From positions 80,724,001 through 80,788,000 of the forward strand of contig NC_082712.1 in the NCBI RefSeq assembly GCF_030144855.1: DNA of 64,000 bases, given 5' to 3'. Under the pieces are notes generated by a model. The model made no database searches. It was given only the letters and a program-made list of their open reading frames with translations, and was not told where the DNA came from. Numbering within the stretch: the first letter of the stretch is position 1; each line of letters begins with the position of its first letter. The position numbers were made by a program, and so were the translations under genes. Below, one piece after another: positions 12,437 to 24,291 of the stretch. Source of the stretch: Hypanus sabinus (lineage: Eukaryota).

Positions 12437-15400
12437 TGGAGCAAGGAGGTTGCGGGTGTATGGCTAAGGATTTCTGGAGCGAAGGCAGTTTTACTACCTG
12501 GGGTAAAAGAGAGGCAAGACTGCGCAGGTGTGTGATGTCAGCCAGTAAAGCGGGAAATATTTAAAAAGAAGGACGCCATATCCAGTGGGCAGTGGAGTGA
12601 GAGGTAGCAGAGTGATAGGGCTTTGGCTCAATGGGCTTAGGTGGTAACCAGATGAGGTAAGTCTACTTGTGTTAATTGTGGAAAGGAAGTAGTATGTGTG
12701 TGAGGACCAAGTTGGGGAACTGGCGATGTAGCTCAATGACCTTCATCTGGTCGGGGACAGCGAAGAGATGACAGAAAGGAGTTATAGGCAGGTGGTCACA
12801 CCAGGGCCACGGGAGACAGATAAGTGAGTAACAGTCAGAAGAGGGAAGGGGAAGAGTCAAGTACTAGGGTGTACCCCTGTGGCTGTTCCCCTTGACAATA
12901 AGTACTCCTGTTTGAGTACTGTTGGGTGGGTGGGGGGAACAGTCTACCTGGGGGAAGCAACAGTGGTTGTGCCTCTGGCACAGAGTCCAGCCCTATGGTT
13001 CAGAAGAGTAGGAAAAGGAAGAGGATGGCAGTAGTGATAGGGACTCTATAGTTAGGGGATCAGACAGGTGATTCTGTGGACACAGGAAAGAAACTCAGAT
13101 GGTAATGTGCCTCCCAGGTGCCAGGGTACGGGATGCTTTAGATCGTGCCCAAGGTATCCTGCGATGGGAGGGAGAACAGCCAGAGGTCGTGGTACGTATT
13201 GGTAAAATGTCATAGGTAGGAAAAGGGAAGAAGTCCTGAAAAAAAGACTACAGGGAGTTAGGAAGGAAGTTGAGAGATTACTACCTGTGCCACGCAACAG
13301 TGAGTATAGGAATAGAATGAGGTGCAGTATAAATGCATGGCTGAGGGATTGGAGCAGGGGGCAAGGATTCAGATTTCTGGATCATTGGGACCTCTTTTGG
13401 GGCAGGTGTGACCTGTACAGAGGACAGGTTGCACTTGAATCCCAGGGGGACCAATATCCTGGCGGGGAGGTTTGCTAAGGCTACTGGGGAGAATTTAAAC
13501 TAGAATTGTTGGGGGGGGTGAGAACCGAACAGAAAAGATTGGGGAAGAGGCAGTTGGCTCACAAATAGAGGAAGCCTGGAGACAGTGTATGAAGGAGGAT
13601 AGGCAGGTGATAGAGAAGGGATGCACTCAGATGGACGGTTTGAGATGAGTCTATTTTAATGCAAGGAGTATTGTGAACAAAGTGGATGAGCTTAGAGCGT
13701 GGATCAGTACTTGGAGCTATGATGCGGTGGCTATTACAGAGACTTGGATGGCTCAGGGACAGGAATGGTTACTTCAAGTGCCAGGTTTTAGATGTTTCAG
13801 AAAGGACAGGGAGGAGGCAAAAGAGGTGGGGGCATGACACTGTCAATCAGAGATAGTGTCACAGCTGCAGAAAAGGTGAACGCCATGGAGGGATTGTCTA
13901 TGGAGACTGTGGGTGGAGGTTAGGAACAGGAAGGGGTCAATAACTTTACTGGGTGTTTTTTTATAGGGTGCCCAATAGTAACAGGAATATCAAGGAGCAG
14001 ATAGGGAAACAAATCCTGGAAAGGTGTAATAATAAGAGTTGTTGCGATGGGAGATTTTAATTTCCCAAATATCGATTGGCATCTCCCTAGAGCAAGGGGT
14101 TTAGATGGGGTGGAGTTTGTTGGGTGTGTTCAGGAAGGTTTCTTGACATGTAATATGTAGATAAGCCTACAAGAGGAGAGACTGTACTTGATTTGGTATT
14201 GGGAAATGAACCTGGTCAGGTGTCAGATCTCACAGTGGGAGAGCATTTTGGAGATAGCGATCATAATTCTATCTCCTTTACAATAGCATTGGAGAGAGAT
14301 AGGAACAGACAAGTTAGGAAAGTGTTTAATTGGAGTAAGGGGAATTATGAGGCTATCAGGCAGGAAATTGGAAGCTTAAATTGGCAACAAACGTTCTCAA
14401 GGAATGGTACAGAAGAAATGTGGCAAATGTTCAGGGGATATTTGTGTTAAGTTCTGCACAGGTACGTTCCAATGAGACAGGGAAGTTATGGTAGGGTACA
14501 GGAAAGGCTATAATAAATCTAGTCCAGAAGAAAAGAAAAGCTTACAAAAGGATCAGAGAATTAGGTAATGTTAAGGATCTAGAAATTATAAGGCTAACAG
14601 GAAGGAGCTTAAAAAGGAAATTAGGAGAGCCAGAAGGGGCCGTGAGAAGGCCTGAGCAAGCAGGATTAAGGAAAACCCCAAGGCATTCTACAAGGATGTG
14701 AAGAGCAAGAGGATAAGACGTGAAAGAATAGGACCTATCAAGTGTGACAGTGGGAAAGTGTGTATGGAACCCGACAAAATAGCAGCGGTACTTAATAAAT
14801 ACTTTACTTCAGTATTCACTATGGAAAAGGATCTTGGTGATTGTAGTGCAGACTGAAAAGCTTGAGCATGTAGATATTAAGAAAGAGGATGTGCTGGAGC
14901 TTTTGGAAAGCATCAAGTTGGGTAAGGCACTGGGACCGGATGAGATGTATCCCAGGCTACTGTGGGAGGCAAGGGAGGGGATTGCTGAGCCTCTGGCGAT
15001 GATCTTTGAATCATCAATGGGGATGGGAGAAGTTCCAGAGGATTGGAAGGTTGCAGAAAGGGAGTAGAGATAGCTCAGGAAATTATAGACCAATGAGTCT
15101 TACTTCAGTGGTTGGTAAGTTGATGGAGAAGATCCTGAGAGGCCAGATTTATGAACATTTGGAGGTATAATATGATTAGGAGTAGTCAGCATGGCTTTGT
15201 CAAGGGCCGGTTGTGCCTTACGAGCCTGATTGAATTTTTTGAGGATGTGACTAAACACATTGATGAAGGAAGAGCAGTAGATGTAGTGTATATGGATTTC
15301 AGCAAGGCATTTGATAAGGTACCCCATGCAAGGCTTATTGAGAAAGTAATGAGGCATGGGATCCAAGGGGATATTGTGCTTTGTGGATCCAGAACTGGCT

Positions 15401-15790
15401 TGCCCACAGAAAACAAATAATGGTTGCAGACAGGTCATATTCTGCATGGAGGTCGGTCACCAGTGGAGAGCCTCAGGGATCTGTTCTGGGACCCCTACTC
15501 TTCATGATTTTTATAAATGATCTGGATGAGGAAGTGGAGGGATGGGTTAGTAAGTTTACTGATGACACAAAGGTTGGAGGTGTTGTGGATAGTGTGGACA
15601 GCTGTCAGAGGTTACAGTGGGATATTGATAGGATGCAAAACTGGGCTGAGAAGTGACAAATGGAGTTCAATCCAGGTAAGTATGAAATGAAAAGGCAACA
15701 CGAGTGAATCAGCAGATGCTGGAAATAAATAAAAACACAAAATGCTGGCAGAACTCAGCAGGCCAGACAGCATCTATGGGAGGAGGTAGT

Positions 15791-15826
15791 GACGACGTTT
15801 CGGGCCAAAACCCTTCATCAGGAGTG
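15791..15826 (-). ncRNA. Minimal type I hammerhead ribozyme motif (sense to nyap1)
   Basis: Minus strand reads cactcCTGATGAagggttttggcccGAAAcGTCgtc. Confidence 0.6.
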
Positions 15827-16714
15827 AAGCAACATGGGATGGTCAAGGGGGGATAAGAAGTGGGGGGGGGGGGGAAGAGATCAGAAGTGCGGGGAGGGAT
15901 AAAGTAGAGAGCTAGGAAGTGATAGGTTGGAGGGAAATGGGCTGGGGGAAGGTGGAGAATTATGGGAAATAAAAGAGAAAGAAAGGTAGGGCTGGGGGGA
16001 GATTATAGTGAGGGGGGAAAAAGAGAGAGAAAGAGAACCAGACTGAAATAATAGATAGGGCTGTGGGTAAGGGGGGTGTGGGGCAGAGGTGTCAATGGAG
16101 GTCTGTGAGTAGGATGTTCATGCCGGCAGGTAGGAGGCTACCCAGGCGGGAGATAAGGTATTGCTCCATTGACCTGCGCGTGGCCTCATCTTGACGGTAG
16201 AGGAGGCTATGGACAGACACGTTGGAGTGGGAGTGGTCTGTGGAATTGAAGTGTGTGGCCACAGGGAGATCCCACCACTGCTGGAGGACTGAGGGCCGGT
16301 GTTCGGCAAAACGGTCTCCCAGTCTGCGGCGGGTCTCCCCAATGTATAAATGGCCACATCGGGAGCACCGGATACAGTATATCACCCCAGTTGACTCACA
16401 GGTGAAGTGGTGCCTCACCTGAAAGGACTGTCTGGGGCCTGGGATGGCGGTGAGGGAAGAAGTGTGGGGGCAGGTGTAGCACTTCTTCCGTTTGCTCGGA
16501 GGGAGGTCGGCGGGGAGGGAGGGATGGACAAGAGTTGCATAGGGAGAACATGGGATGGTCAAGGGGGGATAAGAAGTGGGGGGAACATGGGATGGTCAAG
16601 GGGGATAAGAAGTGGGGGGAAACGGAAAGAAACAGAAGAAGTGCTACACTTCCTAGCTCTCTACTTTATCCCTCCCCCCACTTCTTATCCTCCCTTGACC
16701 ATCCCATGTTGCTT

Positions 16715-16750
16715 CACTCCTGATGAAGGGTTTCGGCCCGAAACGTCGTC
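16715..16750 (+). ncRNA. Minimal type I hammerhead ribozyme motif (Penelope pLTR)
   Basis: CTGATGA-A-GGGT-TTCG-GCCC-GAAA-C-GTC: intact core, stem II and GUC triplet; stem I pairing is poor in this copy. Confidence 0.65.
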
Positions 16751-17592
16751 ACTACCTCCTCCCATAGATGCTGCCTGGCCTGCTGAGTTCTGCCAGCATT
16801 TTGTGTTTTTAAGTGTGAAGTGTTTCATTTTGGTAGGCCAAATATGATGGCAGAATATAGTATTAATGGTAAGACTCTTGGCAATGTGGAGGATCAGTGG
16901 GATCTTGGGGTCCGAGTCCATAGGACACTCAAAGCAGCTGCGCAGGTTGATGCTGTGGTTAAGAAGGCATACAGTGTATTGGCCTTCATTAATCGTGGAA
17001 TTGAATTTAGGAGCCGAGAGGTAATGTTGCAGCTATATAGGACCCAAATCAAACCCCACTTGGAGTACTGTGCTCAGTTCTGGTCACCTCATTACGGGAG
17101 GGATGTGGAAGCCATAGAAAGGGTGCAGAGTAAATTTACAAGGACATTGCCTGGATTGGGTAGCATACCTTATGAAAACAGGTTGAGTGAACTTGGCCTT
17201 TTCTACTTGGAATGACAGAGGATGAGAGGTGACCTGATAGAGGTGTATAAGATGATGAGAGGCATTGATCGTGTGGATAGCCAGAGGCTTTTTCCCAGGG
17301 CTGAAATGGCTGCCACAAGAGAATACATGTTTAAGGTGCTGGGGAGTAGGTACATAGGTGATGTCAGGGGTAGGTTTTTTACTCAGAGAGTGGTGAGTGC
17401 ACGGAATGGGATTCTGGCAACAGTGGTGGAGGCGGATACAATTGGGTCTTTTAAAAGACTTTTGGATAGGTACATGGAGCTTAGTAAAATAGAGGGCTAT
17501 GGAGAAGTCTAGTAATTGCGAAGGTAGGGACATGCTCGGCACAAATTTGTGGACCGAAGGGCCTGTATTGTGTTGTATTATATTGTATTGTG

Positions 17593-17728
17593 CTAGTCCT
17601 GATGAAGGGTCTTGGCCCGAAACATCAACAGCGCTTCTCCCTATAGATGCAGCCTGGTCTGCTGCGTTCCACCAGCATTTTGTGTGTGTTGCTTGAATTT
17701 CCAGCATCTGCAGATTTCCTTGTGTTTG
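17593..17728 (+). mobile_element. Penelope pLTR-derived short repeat with decayed hammerhead, inserted in the CR1 tail
   Basis: agtcCTGATGAagggtcttggcccGAAAcatc followed by gatgcagcctggtctgctgcgttcc...catctgcagattt. Confidence 0.75.
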
Positions 17729-18939
17729 TCTGCGTTGTGCTGTAGGTTTTCTATGTTTCTATTTATTGATGTCTCCGTTCCTCCTGTAATCCACAACCAG
17801 CTCCTTTATTTTCGCAACATTGAGGGAGAGGTTGTTTTCTTGACACCACTGTGTTAGAGAGATGACTTCTTCCCTGTTGACCACCTTGTTATTGTTTTAG
17901 GTAAGGGCAATCAATGTTGTGTTGTTGGCAAATTTTATTAGCAGATTGGAGCTGTGGGTGGTGATACAGTCATGGGTATACGGGGTGTAAAGGAGGGGAC
18001 TCAGTACACAGCTCTGAGGGGCTCTTGTATTGAGAGTCAGAGGGTTGAAGGTGAGGAAGCCTACTCTTGTTGGTGATCTGACAGGAACAACACTTATATA
18101 TCACACCTGTGATGCAGTAAAGAGAAAATGATGGGTGGGGTGAGTGTGACTTGTTAGAAAGCTCTCCCAAGGGGACCGGTGGGCTCCTTGTGTAGTGCAA
18201 CACTTTGTAGTAGTTGGTTGGAGGGGGACAGAGAATAAAAATCAATACAGAATGCAGTGTTGGTACATGAAGGCAGCATGCAGTGTAACCATGGGTGATT
18301 GTCCTGGATATTTCTCCTGAACAGTAATAATGTAAGATGCTGCAGGCCTGTTTCCCTTGTTTGGTGGGGTGACAGGAGGCTGCTGCAGTCCGGGTGAGAT
18401 GCTGGAGGCTGTTTATTGGCATCCATGCTTAGTTGGGGGTGGCCTCACCAGTCGGCGCTGCCCTCCAATGTCCGATCAGTGGAATGACGGGCTGGAATGC
18501 TGGAACTGTGCCATCAATTTGTGGGACATGTTGCCTAGACTATACATGCGGTTTTTTTTGCGTGATTATGTGTTATTATTTGCTTGCTATTTTGAATGTG
18601 CTAATGTTTAGCACCTTGGCCCCTGAGGAACGCTGTTTCGTTCAGCTATATCCGTATAAGGTTGAATGATAATTAATCATGATTTGATTTGAGGTTAGGC
18701 AGAGAGAAACATTCAATGTGTCAACGCATGGACTCATGGTCAAAACTGGTACAGGGAAAACCCAGGTTGGTTTCGGTAGCAGAGAGGATGGGGGAGAGAC
18801 CAGATAATGAGGGGAATATTGGTGGTAGGGTGAGACCAGATGACCTAATGGGTGCAGTCGAAGCATTGTCAAGGGCGCATTAAACTGTGCAATGTGCTGC
18901 TAAAGGGAAATAGCAAGATAATCCCAAAAGGAAAGATGA

Positions 18940-19170
18940 TACTAAAGGCAAATAGATGATGGGAATAAATAACTGGTTCTGAAGCAGAGAGGAAGAAAGT
19001 TAGAGATTTCAGTATTGAGTATGGAAGAACCCAATGGAAGAGGTGCCATTCCTCAAGCTTGCTTTGGACATTGTTGTATAAATGCAAGATATCACAGTCA
19101 GAGAGGTCAGGGTGGGACTGGGATTGGGAATTCAAGTGGCAGAGAACAGAAATCTCAGTGTCAATTCTGT
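18940..19170 (-). mobile_element. Old Penelope-like GIY-YIG fragment
   Basis: SHPDLSDCDILHLYNNVQSKLEEWHLF resembles the C-terminus of ORF 16092-16562. Confidence 0.5.
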
Positions 19171-19489
19171 GGACTTAACCCTGGTGTTTTGCCAAGTAAC
19201 TGAGGGAGACAGAGACTGGGGTTTTGTCTGAAAGAGTGGGTGAGGTCATTTGAATACCCACATACATCCTACTGCGATGAGGTGTCTGGGAGAAGACTGG
19301 CTGCTCCCCCACCACCAGTTTTGACATCGTTTACAACTGAATTTCTGGATGAAACGTTGATGAAGCCTGGTAATCTCCAGGAGACCAACATGCAGGAAGC
19401 AGCAGTTTTTCAGGAAACGGAAGCTTTGTGAGTTGTTAACCAGGTTGGCAGGCCAATTAATGGCCTGGAAGGGAAAAGTTATTGAAGGG

Positions 19490-20135
19490 TTAAAGTGAAA
19501 CACCCCCTGTATTTTAGTGGTGCTGAGGTGATGATGGTTGAGAACTTCAAGTTCTCAGGTGTAAACATCACCCACAACTTTCCCTGGTCCAGCCAAGAAC
19601 ACACACAGTGTCTCTACTTCCTAGAGTTTAAGGAAGTGAGTGTTCCCAGTCACTCTCAGTTTTTAAAGATGCACCATTGAAAGCATTGTATCCGGATGTA
19701 ACACAGCTTGGCTTGCCAACTGCTCTGCCAACACCACAGGAAACTGCAGAGTTGTGGGTTCATCACGCAAACCAGCCTCTCTTCCGAGGACTCCGTCTAC
19801 ACTTATCGCCACCTCAAGAAAGCAAGCAATATAATCAGGACTCTCTTCCCCAACTCCCAGATATGCTCTCTTCTTCTCCTCGTCTCCCATTAGGCAGAAG
19901 ATATAAAAGTTTGAGAGCATAAGTGCCAAAGTCAAGGACATCTTCTATCCCACTGTTAGACTTTTGATGGATCTCACATAGTCTAAAAGGTTAACTCTTT
20001 CTCCCAATCGATCTCATCATGACCATTGCACTCTCCTTGAGACTGTAACACTATTCTGCACTCTGTTTTTCTACATACCACTTCGTGTTTAGAATGATCT
20101 TTCTGGAAGGCAAACAAACAAAAGCCTTTCATCTT
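19490..20135 (+). mobile_element. Rex1/Babar-like LINE 3' fragment
   Basis: VENFKFSGVNIT and LPLGRRYKSL motifs. Confidence 0.7.
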
Positions 20136-20420
20136 CAGTACTGTGCAAAAGTTCGAGGCACATGCAAAAAAAATTCTGTTAAGTGTAGATGCTTTCAAAA
20201 TGAAATAAAAAGTTACTAAATTTCAAAATATTTTACTACAAATAGCAAACAGTGGAAAAAAAGCCAAATCAAAATCAATATTTAGTGTGATCACCCTTTG
20301 CCTTTAAAGCTGCATCAATTCTCAAAGGTACACATGCAATTTTATGAGAAAGAGAGAGAGAGAGAAAAAAAATCAGCTGGTAGATTCTTCCAAACATCTT
20401 GGAGAACCTGCCACACGTCC
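20136..20420 (+). mobile_element. Tc1-like terminal fragment
   Basis: Begins cagtactgtgcaaaagt, the same terminus as the 63402 mini-element. Confidence 0.5.
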
Positions 20421-20750
20421 TCCTCATGTTCCCCTTAAACAGTTTACCTTTCCCCCTTAACATATGATCTCAATGGAAAAAGACTGCTTGTAGTTACCCT
20501 ACCTATAACCCTCATAATTTTGTATACCTCTGTCAAATCTCCTCTCAACCTTTTACGTTCCAAGGAATAACGTCTTAACCTATTCAACCTTTCCCTACAA
20601 CTCAGGTCCTCAAGACCCGGCAACATCCTTGCAAATTTTCTCTGCACAGTTCAAAATCTTATTTACATCTTTCCTGTAGGTGACAAAAACTGGACACAAT
20701 ACTCCAAATTAGGCCTCACCAATGTCTTATACAATTTCAACATAGCATCC
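20420..20750 (-). mobile_element. CR1 3' fragment
   Basis: QRKFARMLPGLEDLSCRERLNRL...RLRGDLTEVYKIM. Confidence 0.8.
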
Positions 20751-21454
20751 TTTATGTTTTCAACTTACTGAAAAGGTGAATTATCTTAATAGAGAGAGGG
20801 TCTGCTGATAGGTGAAGTTCAGAGCAACCATGCTGTTCTGGTGCATGAATTCACAAGCTATCAGGAATATCTAACAAACAGTTAAGCAAAACCCAAGTTG
20901 GATTGTACTGCAAAAGAGTAGGGGTTGAAATAGCTTTTTTTTAAAATTGTATAGAGAGTTGGTGAAGTCACACCTAAAGTACTGTACATTCTTCTGCTTA
21001 CCAACCACTACCCCCTCTTTGCAAGCAGGCCAAAGGAGATTCACCAGGCTAATTGCCGAGACCATGGGTTTGTCTTATCAAGGGAGACTGGACAGTTTGT
21101 GTCTGTACTCCTTGGTTTAGAAGAAGAAAGGCAATCTTCATGAAGTACACAAGATCCTAGTGGGGACTTGACACCGCTAGTGAGATGTTTCCACCAGCAC
21201 GAGAATTTTGAACAAGGGGGCATAGCTATACGATAAGGTGGTTGATCATTTAAAGTTAAGGAATGTAGACATTTCTTCTCCTGGAAGGTGGTGGAGGTCA
21301 ATTAGTAGATAGATTTGAAGTGGAGGTATATGAATATTTGAAAGATCAGGTGAATGATGGTCATGAAGAAGATACTGAAGGGACGTGAAACAGAACAGCC
21401 ATGAATATATTGAATGGCAGGACAGTTTTGCCACACAGTTACCATGCCAACAAA

Positions 21455-21760
21455 GGTTGGCATGGCAGCGTAGTAGTGAGCACAATGCTTTACAGCACAG
21501 ACCACCCGAGTTCATTTCCCACCACTGCCTGCAAGGAGTTTGTATGTTCTCCCCATGACCATTAGATTGGTTTCCTCTGCATGCTCCGTTTTCCTCACAC
21601 ACTCCAAAGACCTACCAATTGGTAGGTTAATTGGTAATTGTAAAATGATTAGGCTAGACTTAAATTGCGGGGGGGGGGGGGGGGGGGGAATTGCTGGAGT
21701 GATGCAGCTTGAAGGGCCGGAAGGGCCAATTCTATGCTGTATCACATTAAATAAATAAAT
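21455..21760 (+). mobile_element. V-SINE (HE1-like)
   Basis: V-core ggagtttgtatgttctcccc...ggtttcctc...tccaaaga...ggttaattgg with CR1-like tail. Related copies at ~32990-33250(-), 35245-35530(+), 37050-37390(-), 45030-45250(-), 50160-50350(-). Confidence 0.75.
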
Positions 21761-21964
21761 CCTGCTATTTTATTGAGTTCCTGTGCATTGAGAGCCATAT
21801 CACCTGGGCACCGTTTACTCGATACCTCTCCATTTTTGCAACTTGCATTCTAGTTTTCTCAACCTGGCAGCTCATCAACCTGAAGTCTTTACTCTTTTTC
21901 CTTCCTTTGCAAATGTTGCTTGACCTGCTGTGCCTTTGTACATACTCTTCTGCTCTTAGAGAAA

Positions 21965-22580
21965 ATTAGCAATGCTGGAAATCCAAGCAACACACAAAAT
22001 GCTGGATGAACTCAGCAGGCCAGGCAGCATCTATGGAAAGAGTACAGTTGACATTTTGGGCCAAGACCCTTCATCAGGACTGGAGAAAATAAGGTGAGGA
22101 GTCAGAGTTAGAAGGTAGGTGGAGTGGAGGAAGAAACACAAGGTGATATGTGAAACTGGGGGCAGGAGAAAATGATGGGTGAAATAAAAAGCTGGGAAGC
22201 TGATTGGTGAAAGAGACACAGGGCTGGAGAAGGGGAATCTGATAAGAGAGGACAGAAGGCCATGGATGAAAGAAAGGGGGAGGGGCAGCAGACGGAGGTC
22301 AGGAGATAAGGTGAGAGAGGGTAAAGGGAATGGAGAATGATGGACAGTGGATGGGGGGGGGGAGAAGAACAATTACCAGAAGTTCAAGAAATTGATGTTC
22401 ATGCCATCAGTTGGAGGCTACCCAGACAGAATACATGGTGTTGTGGCCTCATTGTGACAGTAGGGGCTGTGGACTGACATGAGGGAATGGGAATGGAAGT
22501 GGAATTAAATGGCAGGCCACTGGGAGATCATGCTTTTTCTAGTGGACAGTGCGAAAGCTGCTTTGCCGAGCACTTACGCT
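21965..22580 (-). mobile_element. Penelope-like 3' fragment with pLTR and decayed hammerhead (22045-22083)
   Basis: Colinear with 15700-16300. Minus strand ccagtcCTGATGAagggtcttggcccaaaatgtcaactg. Confidence 0.8.
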
Positions 22581-22584
22581 CTGT

Positions 22585-24025
22585 ACTTTCCACCACACAT
22601 CTACAGAAGTTTGCTAAGACTTTTGATGACATGCCGAATCTCCACAGACTTCTGAGGAATTAGAGGGGCTGTCATGCTTTCTTCACAGTTATATTTATAT
22701 GGGTCCAGGATAGGTCCACTGAGGTAGTGACACCCAGGAATTTAAAGTTACTGATCTTCTCCACCTCTGATCCTCCGATGATTACTGGCTCATGGACCCC
22801 TGGTTTCCCTCTCCTGAAATCTACTATCAGGTTCTTGATCTTACTGACATTAAGTGAGAGGTAGTTGTTAATACACCACTCAGCCATTTTTCAATCTCCC
22901 TCCTGTGTGTTGATTCATCACCAGCTTTATCACAGCCCATAACAGTGGTGTCATCAGCAAACTTGTATATGATTTTGGAGCTGAACTTAGCCACACAGGT
23001 GTAAAGCAAGTAGAGCAGGGGGCTAAGCACACATCCTTGCGGTTCTCCTGTGCTGATGGAGATTGTGGATGAGCTGGTTTTGCCAATCCGAACTGACTGG
23101 GTTCTGCAAGTAAGGAAATCCAGGATCCACTTGCACAAGGGGGTATTGAGGCCCAGGTCTTGGAAATTATTAGCTCAGAGGATGATAGTGTTAAATGCCA
23201 AGCTGTAATTGATAAAGAGTGCCCTGATGTATGCATCTTTACTACTCAGATGTTCTGGGATTGTGTGAAGAACCAATATCTACTGTAGACCTGTTGCTTT
23301 CATAGGCAAATTGGAGCAGATTCAAGTCACCATTCAGACAGGAGCTGCCTTTCAAAACACTTCCTCATTGTGGATGTAAGTACCACTGGGCAATAGTCAT
23401 TTAGATAGATTACCACACTCTTCTTGGGCACCAGTACAATTGAAGCCTGTTTTAAGCAACTGAGTACCACACTCTGCCAGAGCAAGAGATTGAAGATATC
23501 TGTGAATACACCAGCCAGCTGGTTGGCACAGGTCTTCAGTACTTGGCCAGGCACTCTGTCCGAACTGGATGCTTTCCTTCGATTCACTCTCTTGAAAGCA
23601 ACCCGCACATCATTTTCAGATACTGAGACCAAAGGATCATCAGGAGACATGAGGGTGCATGATGGTTCCTCCCTGCTCTGATGAACAAAGTGAGCATAGA
23701 AGGCATTGAGCTCATCTGAAAGTGAAGCCCTGCTGTCCCCTATGTTGCAAGATTTAGCTTTGTAGGACGTTATGGCATTCAAACCCTGCCACAGTTGTCA
23801 AGCATCCCTCGTTGATTCCAATCTAGTCCCGAATCTCCATTTCACTCGAGACATGGCTTTCTGGAGATCATACCTGCACCTCTTGTAGAATTCTTGATCT
23901 CCAGACTTGAATGCTTCTGACCTGGCTTTCAGCAGATTCCAGATTTCATTGTTCATCCAGGGCTTTTGATTAGGAAAAACCCTGAATGATGTTGTGGGGA
24001 CACACTCATCCACAGCTGTTTTAAT
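22585..24025 (-). mobile_element. Rex1/Babar-like LINE RT fragment
   Basis: [53 protein letters not shown]. Confidence 0.88.
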
Positions 24026-24291
24026 ATTATCCCTTTCAACCCCATTTCATAGGACAGTATGGCACACTACAGGAGGGAAAAGATTTAGAAGGGAGATGGG
24101 GACAGTGACTAGGGTTGGGGTCGTGACAGAATGTTTTTGCGGAGGAACACTGACGGGGTGATGAGGGGTGCATCGGTGGGGACGGAAGGCCTGGGTCAGG
24201 GGCAGAGTGATGGGAGCCTTGTTAGGGCTACTCTATCTCCAACCAACCAGTTGCATTCCATCCTGCCCTCCTCACTCAATTCTCCTCTTAC

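Larger units (their letters stand above)
15690..16809 (-). mobile_element. Penelope-like element 3' fragment (GIY-YIG endonuclease) with inverted pseudo-LTR
   Basis: ORF 16092-16562: VIYCIRCSRCGHLYIGETRRRLGDRFAEH...VATHFN...EQYLISRLGSLLPAGMN. Arms 15731-15920 and 16647-16809 are inverted. Flanked by taagtatgaa/taagtgtgaa. Confidence 0.9.
12437..17765 (+). mobile_element. Near full-length degenerate CR1 LINE (ORF1 esterase + ORF2 APE/RT)
   Basis: ORF1 SGNH-like motifs (GDSIVRG, CLPGARV, FLDHWDLFWG) ~13030-13480. APE (NARSIVNK, ITETW, SDHN) ~13650-14300. RT (QHGF, DFSKAFDKV, PQGSVLGPLLF, FTDDTK). 3' tail ttttctatgtttctat. Confidence 0.92.
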
